From positions 64,001-128,000 of the IMG/VR virus record IMGVR_UViG_3300030107_007542: a stretch of 64,000 bases of DNA, one strand, 5' to 3'. The notes beneath the pieces were generated by a model. That model did no database searches, was not told the origin of the DNA, and worked only from the letters and a program-made list of their open reading frames with translations. How positions within the stretch are numbered: position 1 is the first letter of the stretch; every line of letters begins with the position of its first letter. Made by a program: the position numbers and the translations under genes. This DNA is from a virus. Positions 56,615-64,000 of the stretch are shown here, in pieces.

Positions 56615-56956
56615 CTAGTCTCCCTTCTGTATTCTGTGACTGTCGCTATCGAAATGTTCTGTTGAAAACTCAAACAATTCTGAGTCCTCTAGAGCGATCA
56701 TCTGATGTCGCAGGCCGCGGTACACATGAAAGTTGTCGCCGGCATTAAGGATCAATTCAGTTGCTTGATCTAGATCGTCGTCGTCGGAATATTTGACTAT
56801 CATCTTACCACTTTGCAAATAGAACACTTCATCCTTTAACACATGATAATGCCACGAACAACGCTTGCCTTTATTAAAATATAAAAGCTTTCCGCAATAC
56901 TCTGGCTTGTTAACAATCCAGCGCTCCCAGCCCCATCCTTTGTCTACATGTTGCAT
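56615..56956 (-). CDS. Cupin, sugar isomerase-like (mannose-6-P isomerase type II-like)
   Basis: KGWGWE...CSWHYHVLKDEVF...H motif; start at 56956. Confidence 0.75.
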   Translation of the reverse strand: MQHVDKGWGWERWIVNKPEYCGKLLYFNKGKRCSWHYHVLKDEVFYLQSGKMIVKYSDDDDLDQATELILNAGDNFHVYRGLRHQMIALEDSELFEFSTEHFDSDSHRIQKGD

Positions 56957-56957
56957 A

Positions 56958-57908
56958 TTACCACCTAAAGTTGTTTCTACATTCTTCGACGATCTTAGTG
57001 ATCTCTTCATGGAATTTTTTCTTAGGCTCCCAGCCTAAAGCGCGCAGCTTAGAATCATCTAGAGCATAGCGTACGTCCTGACCTAGACGAACAACAGAAA
57101 AATCTACATATTGTTCCCAGTTTTCGTCGGTGCCATAAAATGCTTTCACGATTTGCTTTACTGTCTCCCGATTACTCTGCTCAAAGCCGCCGGCTACGTT
57201 ATAAATCTCGTCCACCACGCCAGCCTCCACAATGGTGACAACTGCTGCCGCAGTGTCTTCAGCATGCAACCAGTTTCGCACGGGGGTTCCCTGGTTATGA
57301 AGTCGAATAGGGTTGTCGCGCGTAAGATTCTTTACAGCAATAGGGATTAATTTCTCTGGGTATTGTCCGATACCGTAGTTATTTGTCGGTCGCAAAATAA
57401 TATAGTTGATATCATAGGTCCTGGCCCACGCATGAATAAGCATATCTGCAGCAGCCTTGGCGGCTGAGTATGGGTTGCTAGGCTTAAGAAGGTCTGTTTC
57501 GGTGTGATCACCGTCTGCAATATCTCCATACACTTCATCTGTGCTTACATGAAAGAAGATGGGTCGATTATTGCAGTTTAATGGCTTATGACGGACCAAA
57601 TCAAGAAGGTTTTTGACCCCCACAATATTACTGTTGATAAATTCGTCGCTGTTAATGATGCTGTTGCCCACATGTGACTCTGCCGCGAAGTTAATAACAT
57701 AATCACAATCATAAAGATGCGTTAGATTACAGATATCTTCGCGTAAAAACCTAAAATTATAATAGGATTCGAACTCTTCCAACAAAGACTCATTAGCTAC
57801 GTAGGTACATTTGTCTATACCATACACTTTCCAGCCCAGTTCTAGGCATTTTCGTGTCGTATATGACCCTATAAAGCCCAAGCATCCTGTAATATAAACA
57901 ATTTTCAT
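56958..57908 (-). CDS. rmlB: dTDP-glucose 4,6-dehydratase-like
   Basis: TGCLGFIG, FAAESHV, HVSTDEVYGD, PSNPYSAAK, NNYGIGQYPEKLIP, GQDVRYALD. Confidence 0.88.
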   Translation of the reverse strand: MKIVYITGCLGFIGSYTTRKCLELGWKVYGIDKCTYVANESLLEEFESYYNFRFLREDICNLTHLYDCDYVINFAAESHVGNSIINSDEFINSNIVGVKNLLDLVRHKPLNCNNRPIFFHVSTDEVYGDIADGDHTETDLLKPSNPYSAAKAAADMLIHAWARTYDINYIILRPTNNYGIGQYPEKLIPIAVKNLTRDNPIRLHNQGTPVRNWLHAEDTAAAVVTIVEAGVVDEIYNVAGGFEQSNRETVKQIVKAFYGTDENWEQYVDFSVVRLGQDVRYALDDSKLRALGWEPKKKFHEEITKIVEECRNNFRW

Positions 57909-59245
57909 TGATACTTCTCCATAAATCGATTCACAGAGCCTTCAATATAGTCTAATTTTTCATCAGTAATCCCGGCGAAAGTGCCCAAAAAGAAGGAATT
58001 AGTGGTGATTTTATAGGCTACCGGGAATGTCTCTTTAAGATTTTCGTACTGTCGGCCAAGCTCTGAGTATCCGGGGTGGAACAAAATGTTGCCGGCAAAA
58101 TAACTGCGTGTTTGAATTTTATCCCCTTCCAGGTGGCGCACGATATCTTCACGCGTGAAGGGTGCATCCTCCCTAAGTGTTAGCAAAAAGGCAAACCAAC
58201 AGGGATCTGATTTGGGTGTGGGCTCTGGGAGGTGGCAGTACTTGGCATAGGGCTCGAAAATCTCATGCAAACGTGCAAAGTTTTTGCGGCGGGCTCCGTC
58301 CATCATCGGAAGCTTCTTAAGCTGTTGTAATCCCATAGCTGCTTGCAGTTCTAGGGGCTTGATATTATAGCCAATTTCTTCGAAAACATAACGATGGTCT
58401 GCAATGATCTCTCTCGCACCCGGGAGCCAGTTCTTGAACCTGTTGCCGCAAGCTGTCCCACTTAGGACACATCCCGGCTTAACAGAATTGCAATAGCAAG
58501 CGCGGCCCCAATCACGGAAACTGCTGATGATTTTTTCTAGTCGAGCGGAGTTCATCGCGACGAAGCCGCCTTCGCCCATAGTCATATGATGAGCAGGGTA
58601 AAATGAACAGGTTGAGATATCCCCAAAAGAGCCGAGCTTCTTGCCGTCATATGTTGAACCCAAAGCATCGCAAGCGTCTTCTAAGAAAAGTAAGTCATAT
58701 TTCTCTACTAGGGCCATTACACGATCCATGTCGGGAGGATTCCCCAGCACATGAGCAAACATAAGAGCCTTGATCTCTTTGTTGGTGTCGGCAGCTAAGG
58801 CCGCTTCAACTTGATCAAGATCAAGATTTAAGTCTGGAAGAGTGACGTCCACGAAAACTGGTTTAAAGCCATTCTGGATAATCGGATTAAGAGTCGTAGG
58901 GAAGCATACAACGGGGGTAATAATTTTAGACCCCTCCGGGAGTTGCTTCCATCTTTTGGATTTAAGCGCCGACACCATAAGTAGGTTTGCAGAGCTACCT
59001 GAGTTTGTCAGGACTCCATGAGTCTTTCCTAGGTGTGCGGGGAACTCAACTTCAAATTGACGCCCCTTTTTGCCTAATACAAGCCATCGACTAAGCAGGC
59101 TTTCCACAGCAGCCACGTATTCGTCACTATTATATACGTTGCCTGAATAGGCAATCCAGTCCTCGCCAGGGGTCCAACTCTCGGCGCCCTCGCATTCTTT
59201 AATATATTCATCAACCAAAGTTAAGATAGTGTCTAACTTAGACAT
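57905..59245 (-). CDS. rfbH: RfbH/AscC (E1)-like NDP-4-keto-6-deoxyglucose 3-dehydrase
   Basis: NSGSSANL, HVLGNP, EDACDALGS, SFYPAHHMTMGEGG (His-type), and the Cys-rich Fe-S segment WGRACYC...C...CGNRF. Confidence 0.88.
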   Translation of the reverse strand: MSKLDTILTLVDEYIKECEGAESWTPGEDWIAYSGNVYNSDEYVAAVESLLSRWLVLGKKGRQFEVEFPAHLGKTHGVLTNSGSSANLLMVSALKSKRWKQLPEGSKIITPVVCFPTTLNPIIQNGFKPVFVDVTLPDLNLDLDQVEAALAADTNKEIKALMFAHVLGNPPDMDRVMALVEKYDLLFLEDACDALGSTYDGKKLGSFGDISTCSFYPAHHMTMGEGGFVAMNSARLEKIISSFRDWGRACYCNSVKPGCVLSGTACGNRFKNWLPGAREIIADHRYVFEEIGYNIKPLELQAAMGLQQLKKLPMMDGARRKNFARLHEIFEPYAKYCHLPEPTPKSDPCWFAFLLTLREDAPFTREDIVRHLEGDKIQTRSYFAGNILFHPGYSELGRQYENLKETFPVAYKITTNSFFLGTFAGITDEKLDYIEGSVNRFMEKYQ

Positions 59246-60062
59246 TTTGTTCCCTCTCCATGACCTGACGGATTCCTTCCTGTAATCCTACCAGATCTAG
59301 ACCTAGTTCCTCCAGCCGAGCGCCGGAGCCGGTGTATGTATAAGCATATCCTTGCTTTTCTAATATAATGCCTGTGCTATTCGTTGTCAAGTTGTTCAGT
59401 TCTTGTGCAACCTCTAACAAACTGCTTTTATCAGGATAACACATGTTATAGTCTACATGTGTTGTGTGTTTTCGCGTCATCAAATGTTCTATCACCTTGA
59501 TAAGATCTCCCACATAAAAGAAATCCATCTTTCGATCTTGAAGGATAAAAACAGGAAGGCCCTCTCTTATTCTCGCCATTGAATTCTTAATGAATCTCGT
59601 ACTTTTCTCCATTGTACCAAAACATCCGAACAAACGCAAGTTAATAATATTCTTATTATGCAGAATAATCTCGCGAGCAATTAAATTCTTGGCTAGTCCG
59701 TAATAATCCGTGGGAATACATCCATAGATATTTTCTTCAACAGCATTCTCGACATTTGAGTACCTATCAAATGCTGCGCCGGAGCCAAACGAAAACATCC
59801 ACTTATACTTATCGGCATGCGCCTTAAGATTGTGAAACATATTTAAGTTAGCCCTAAGGGATGCGAAGCTATTGTCTGCTCTAACAGCAGTGTGGAGTAC
59901 AACATCAATCCGGTGGTTAGAAAAAAAGCTCTCCACCTGTGTTGCATCTGTAAGATCTAGCGTTTGCCGTGGTGCGGCGATGACCTCATGAGTAGTTCGA
60001 GAAAAGTGCTCTACAAACTCTTTACCGAGAAAACCATTTGCTCCGGTTATTAATATCTTCAT
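59238..60062 (-). CDS. NAD-dependent sugar epimerase/4-reductase (SDR)
   Basis: ITGANGFLG, FGSGA, YGLAK (YxxxK), LRLFGCFG. Confidence 0.8.
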   Translation of the reverse strand: MKILITGANGFLGKEFVEHFSRTTHEVIAAPRQTLDLTDATQVESFFSNHRIDVVLHTAVRADNSFASLRANLNMFHNLKAHADKYKWMFSFGSGAAFDRYSNVENAVEENIYGCIPTDYYGLAKNLIAREIILHNKNIINLRLFGCFGTMEKSTRFIKNSMARIREGLPVFILQDRKMDFFYVGDLIKVIEHLMTRKHTTHVDYNMCYPDKSSLLEVAQELNNLTTNSTGIILEKQGYAYTYTGSGARLEELGLDLVGLQEGIRQVMEREQNV

Positions 60063-60073
60063 TTAACACTAGA

Positions 60074-61009
60074 TTATTCCACCCACTTCGCCGATTTTCT
60101 AAGCTCAGTTAGTTGCTCATCTTTAATCGAATATGAGTAGGTTTCTCCCGGGAAGGCTCCACTGTGTACATCTGCCACGTACTGCTCGATAGCCATTTTG
60201 GCCAACACTAGCAAACCATCGCCTCGCTGAGTGCGACCCAGTTGGCGAAGATCTCCGGCGGCTGAAAGATATTCAGTAAACCTACCTACAACCTCCGGTA
60301 CATAACACTTTGCAAACCAAGGTCGGAAAGACTGATAGAAGCCCATCAGATCATGCATAATGACAAGTTGTCCGTCAACACCTCCGCCGGCGCCGATGCC
60401 ATAAATAGGAATTTCCAGCTGCGCTGCGATCTGGGCCGCTGGTTCTGCTGGCATCGCTTCAAGCAAAATAGCAAAGACGCCAGCCTCTTGTAATGCCAAT
60501 GCATCTTCAAGAGTATCCTCGAAGCTCTTTACAGTCTTTCCCTGGACTCGATATCCACCAAAGGAGGTTGTACTCTGAGGAGTGAGCCCCAGGTGCCCCA
60601 CAACCGGAATACCTGCATCAACAATTGCGCGTACGCGAGTGGATACTCGGCGCCCTCCTTCTAGCTTGATAGCATCAGATGCGCACTCTTTTACAAAGCG
60701 CATTGCATTTCTAACTGCTTCCTCATCACTAATCTCATATGACCCCTGAGGCATGTCTCCCACAATAAACGTATTTGGGGCGCCTCTGCGAGCAGAGGAG
60801 GCCATGAAAATCATTTCATCCATCGTAACCGGATTTGTGGTGTCGTATCCTAGTTGTACCATCCCCCCAGAATCGCCAACAAGAATCATATCAACTCCCG
60901 CTTCTTCCGTGACCTGAGCAAACGGCAAATCATAAGCCGTAATCCAAGTTAATGGAGTACCGTTCTTCTTCATGGATACAAAATCTAATATTGTTTTCTT
61001 AGTTGCCAT
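60074..61009 (-). CDS. panB: Ketopantoate hydroxymethyltransferase (PanB)-family protein
   Basis: ITAYD, LVGDS, DMPQGSY, IKLEGG, GHLGLTPQ, LLEAMP, GIGAG, DGQLVIMHDLMG; carries an extra segment near the C-terminus. Confidence 0.85.
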   Translation of the reverse strand: MATKKTILDFVSMKKNGTPLTWITAYDLPFAQVTEEAGVDMILVGDSGGMVQLGYDTTNPVTMDEMIFMASSARRGAPNTFIVGDMPQGSYEISDEEAVRNAMRFVKECASDAIKLEGGRRVSTRVRAIVDAGIPVVGHLGLTPQSTTSFGGYRVQGKTVKSFEDTLEDALALQEAGVFAILLEAMPAEPAAQIAAQLEIPIYGIGAGGGVDGQLVIMHDLMGFYQSFRPWFAKCYVPEVVGRFTEYLSAAGDLRQLGRTQRGDGLLVLAKMAIEQYVADVHSGAFPGETYSYSIKDEQLTELRKSAKWVE

Positions 61010-62796
61010 TATTCCTCCTCAAGTGGTGCGACTACCATATTCTCGTAAAATTCTTCTCTGTCCAGGAAAGGAAGCATGTCCTCTAGCGGTCTAGAAATAA
61101 GGCGACCGTCGGGGAGCTTTTTCGAACCAATTGTTGGTAAGACCGCATCCCACTTTTTACACATCACTTCACAAATTACTGGACCCTTGTATTCTAACAC
61201 CCTTTTGATGCTTCTTTTAAGGCCTTTAAGCTTCGAGGCTCTAAAATATTTAATGCCATAAGCGTTGGCGATTTTTTGAAAATTAGGAAATGAAACTCCC
61301 GATTCCTCATCGGTACCAATAAACCTATCCTCAAAAAATTTTCTTTGTGTTGTGCGAATGGAAAGATAACCATTGTTGTTCCACACAAATATCTTCACCG
61401 GAAATTTATTATAGACGATCGTTTGAAGTTCCTGAATGTTACTTTGGAATGAGCCGTCGCCAGTAATGCCAATAACATCTTTGTTTCCGCGAGCAACACA
61501 TGCGCCAATGCTTGCAGGGAGTGTAAAGCCCATATCGGCTTGACCGCCTGATGTAATATAGCGCTGTTTATTGGTTACCTGAAGCGCCTGGGATGTTACA
61601 TAAAAGGCCGAGCCTGCATCCGATACCACCACATCGTCCGGTCGCATAGAATCAGACAGCACCTTCATAAAGGCATAAAGACTTATGCCATCTTCGTCAC
61701 TTTCAAAATGTTCTGGGAGAGAGACTGGCCACTTTGTTTTCCAGGCCAAACATTTCTGTGCCCATGGAGTGGGAGCCGGAGGGAATCCAACTTTTAGCAA
61801 AAACTCCTTAGCGTCTGCCACAATCAGATGGTCGATTCGGACGGTGTTCTTCTGGTGTTCGAACTTATCAATGTCTACAACAATGAGCTTGGCCTCTCGA
61901 CCAAACAACTCGTAACGATAACCAGTAACAGGGACGCCCAAGCGCGTGCCAATAGCCAAAATTACATCGGCATTTTGCATGGCAAAATTAGCTGCTCGAT
62001 TTCCTTTAATTCCTACGCGCCCAATATTGAGGGGATCGTTAGATGGCAAAAGATCTGCAGCCAGATATGTGTTCACTACAGGAATATTATGCAAATGCAC
62101 AAACTCAGCAAAAATCTCTTGTGCGCCAGCCAATCGAATGCCGTTGCCTGCCAGAATTACGGGACGCTCTGCTTGTGCGAGATATCGACTAACAGCAGCG
62201 AGGTCCTCCACTTCTGGAACGAAGGATTCTTTTTCGGGTGTAAACCTCTTGAGCTTTTCAGGCTCGATAAGAGCGCCCTGGACATCCATCGGAATATCAA
62301 GCCAGACTGGGCCCGGGCGGCCACTGAACGCTAGGTGTACAGCCTTATCAATATGGTAAGCAATCATTTCAGGGTCATTAATCATGACCGCATATTTCGT
62401 CAATGATTCAACAATGGCAATAATATTGGCCTCTTGAACGCCAAGTTGTCGCAAAGGCAAATTAATATTATGTGTGGCCTGCTCTTTATTAACCTGACCA
62501 GAAATAAAAAAGGTAGGAAGGTTGTCCTGCCAAGCTTCCAGGAGCCCCGTTATAGTATTGGTGCTCCCGCACCCCGTTGTGGGCATCACAACGCCCATTT
62601 TGCCACTGTATTTGCCATAGCCAACCGCGGCCATTGCCGAAGCTTGCTCATGATGGCTACAGACTGCTTGTAGTTTTGGATGTTTGGCAACGCCGTCGTT
62701 TAAAAACATAGCACCGCCGCCGGTCAAGGTGAAAACATGTTCTACCCCCAGGTCAACGATTCGCTGTGCTACATAATCTACAACGCGGGTAGGCAT
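61009..62796 (-). CDS. AHAS-like ThDP-binding protein (YerE-like)
   Basis: GGGAMFLND, HHEQASAMAA, TTGCGSTN, SGRPGPVWLDIPMDVQ, QADMGFTLPA, and GDGSFQSNIQEL...NNNGY. Confidence 0.85.
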   Translation of the reverse strand: MPTRVVDYVAQRIVDLGVEHVFTLTGGGAMFLNDGVAKHPKLQAVCSHHEQASAMAAVGYGKYSGKMGVVMPTTGCGSTNTITGLLEAWQDNLPTFFISGQVNKEQATHNINLPLRQLGVQEANIIAIVESLTKYAVMINDPEMIAYHIDKAVHLAFSGRPGPVWLDIPMDVQGALIEPEKLKRFTPEKESFVPEVEDLAAVSRYLAQAERPVILAGNGIRLAGAQEIFAEFVHLHNIPVVNTYLAADLLPSNDPLNIGRVGIKGNRAANFAMQNADVILAIGTRLGVPVTGYRYELFGREAKLIVVDIDKFEHQKNTVRIDHLIVADAKEFLLKVGFPPAPTPWAQKCLAWKTKWPVSLPEHFESDEDGISLYAFMKVLSDSMRPDDVVVSDAGSAFYVTSQALQVTNKQRYITSGGQADMGFTLPASIGACVARGNKDVIGITGDGSFQSNIQELQTIVYNKFPVKIFVWNNNGYLSIRTTQRKFFEDRFIGTDEESGVSFPNFQKIANAYGIKYFRASKLKGLKRSIKRVLEYKGPVICEVMCKKWDAVLPTIGSKKLPDGRLISRPLEDMLPFLDREEFYENMVVAPLEEE

Positions 62797-63533
62797 TAAT
62801 CGTCCCTACCCCAGGTACCCTTCCAATAGCCGCGGATAGTATCATCGTAATTGGTGGTTTCTTTGTGCATTCCCCATGTTGCTTGCCCGGGGTGCCACCG
62901 GTACTTATATCCTAACCAACGATCAGCTGGAAAAATGAACACGTTTTTATCGGCTAATCTAAAATACAGGTGATAATCGGCAGCGCCTAGGTACTGCGGA
63001 TCCCATTGCAACAGGCGACGCTCTTTAAGCTCTCGACTATACACCATGGTGGGAGTGTTGACAGGGCTTTTCTGGAACAAAAGTTCCTTAAACTCAGCCA
63101 TGCTCTTGTAATGATGTGCCACCTCTCCTAGAAAGGTCTCTTCTTTTCCTTCAATTCCTTGAATCGGACTCTGGAATGCCAGAATTTTAACAGGAGCCTT
63201 TTCAATATACTCCATAAAATTAGCCACATAAGTGGGAATTATATAGTCATCGGCGCCTAAAATAGTGATATAATCACCGGTGCACAACTTAAGACCCTCA
63301 GTAACTGGCTCATCCCAAGACCATCGATACAGATTAGGAGCCGTTGAAATAACTAATTCAGGGTGATCTTTTTGAATACCCCGGGCAATCTCTAGACTCT
63401 TGTCCGTGCTCTCATTATCAACGAAAATAACCTCTGTATTTTCATAAGTTTGATCAAGGGCCGAGAGAATGCATTTTTCAATCCAATCTTCGGCGTTATA
63501 ACATGGTATTAAGATAGTAACTTTGAGACTCAT
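62796..63533 (-). CDS. Glycosyltransferase family 2
   Basis: ILIPCYNAEDWI, VIFVDNESTDKS, LGADD, DYHLYFR. Confidence 0.88.
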   Translation of the reverse strand: MSLKVTILIPCYNAEDWIEKCILSALDQTYENTEVIFVDNESTDKSLEIARGIQKDHPELVISTAPNLYRWSWDEPVTEGLKLCTGDYITILGADDYIIPTYVANFMEYIEKAPVKILAFQSPIQGIEGKEETFLGEVAHHYKSMAEFKELLFQKSPVNTPTMVYSRELKERRLLQWDPQYLGAADYHLYFRLADKNVFIFPADRWLGYKYRWHPGQATWGMHKETTNYDDTIRGYWKGTWGRDD

Positions 63534-64000
63534 TGCATCAATCCTATGATAAGATCGGGGATTTCATCCCTCTTGGCGCGCATTTTATTAACTAAGTCGG
63601 AGCCCTTAAGTTTGAACCAACTTTCTTGTGTAGCTCCAACTAATTTATTGGTAATGACTTTCATTCCCATCATTCGACTTTCCACCACTATTCGAGACAG
63701 TGTTTCAGGTGTTTGGGGAAAGAAGACTAGCGTATCATTTTCCCCGAGTTGTTCCAGAAATGTATGATAATTGGCACCGGAACACAGAACGTAATCTCGT
63801 TGCGTCGCTTTACAGTATTTGACTGCCGTGGGCGTGTTCTTGTGGACAATAGGGGAATCTAAAACAGCGCAGCGCTCCTTCTTTTCCGTGGTAGCCAGAG
63901 ACTCTAGTTTTTCCAAAGCTTCCTCACTCCACAGATTTCCTCCAACACTCTCTATATTCTCCAACTTCAAATTCTTTTTAACTATATTAGCATGAAAGGA
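63530..64000 (-). CDS. Glycosyltransferase (GT-B/GT4-like), C-terminal part; runs in from the right edge
   Basis: Frame is open to base 64000; FFPQTPETLSRIVVESRMMGMKVITN resembles the GT-B E-x7-E motif. Confidence 0.6.
   Translation of the reverse strand, partial: SFHANIVKKNLKLENIESVGGNLWSEEALEKLESLATTEKKERCAVLDSPIVHKNTPTAVKYCKATQRDYVLCSGANYHTFLEQLGENDTLVFFPQTPETLSRIVVESRMMGMKVITNKLVGATQESWFKLKGSDLVNKMRAKRDEIPDLIIGLMQ

Noticed and set aside
61009-62796. Acetolactate synthase as a branched-chain amino-acid auxiliary metabolic gene
   Set aside because: No regulatory subunit, ilvC or ilvD is present. The N-terminal GGGAMFLND type and the RfbH/SDR context favour a YerE-like sugar carboligase.
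47326-64000. Interpretation as a host O-antigen locus next to a prophage
   Set aside because: No wzx/wzy/wzm/wzt, integrase or att-like repeat is present, and the cluster is coupled seamlessly into phage genes on the same strand. Cannot be fully excluded without sequence beyond 64 kb.
1-64000. Stop-codon recoding as seen in some jumbo phages
   Set aside because: Very long ORFs are intact in code 11, and TAA, TAG and TGA all end genes at sensible places.
1-64000. CRISPR arrays, tRNA/rRNA genes, inteins, introns, homing endonucleases, transposases
   Set aside because: No regularly spaced repeats, no intergenic gap long enough for a tRNA, and no intein, HNH, GIY-YIG or DDE motifs noticed by eye. 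tRNAscan/Infernal was not run.
1-64000. Eukaryotic giant virus (NCLDV) origin, suggested by the Mre11-Rad50 fusion and sugar genes
   Set aside because: SD sequences, a sigma70 promoter, operonic overlaps, gp6/gp25 and a sigma factor all indicate a bacteriophage.

Overview
This window is best read as 64 kb from a large lytic myovirus (jumbo-type tailed phage, T4-like gene set) rather than cellular DNA. It is almost gap-free, and every credible gene except one J-domain gene lies on the minus strand, many coupled by ATGA/TAATG overlaps. Shine-Dalgarno motifs and the standard code indicate a bacterial host, and spanin-like genes suggest a Gram-negative one. In transcription order (right to left) there are five blocks. 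(1) A >16.5 kb nucleotide-sugar/glycosylation cluster (47.3-64 kb, open at the edge). It holds two His-type PLP 3-deoxygenases, a YerE/AHAS-like ThDP enzyme, a truncated E1 alpha/beta pair, a PanB variant, HldE-like kinase and nucleotidyltransferase, several SDRs and GT2/GT4/GT10-like transferases. (2) A gp55-like late sigma factor. (3) A ~37 kb baseplate/tail module: OB-fold+GH19 lysozyme, spike-like protein, a 2047-aa unknown, gp25, gp6, a 4246-aa LamG-studded gp7-like protein and a set of partly paralogous proteins. (4) RuvC-like resolvase, primase, four small proteins with capsid-targeting-like N-termini, and a single-chain Mre11-Rad50 (gp47-gp46) fusion behind a sigma70 promoter. (5) A holin/spanin-like cassette and a tail-fibre-like gene running off the left edge. 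I found no tRNA, rRNA, CRISPR array, integrase or intein. All functional calls come from motifs read by eye; no database search was run. The strongest leads are a putative virion-glycosylation pathway for branched 3,6-dideoxy sugars, the cluster of candidate packaged/ejected head proteins, the giant modular baseplate protein, and a candidate late-promoter motif (ANTANTTA).
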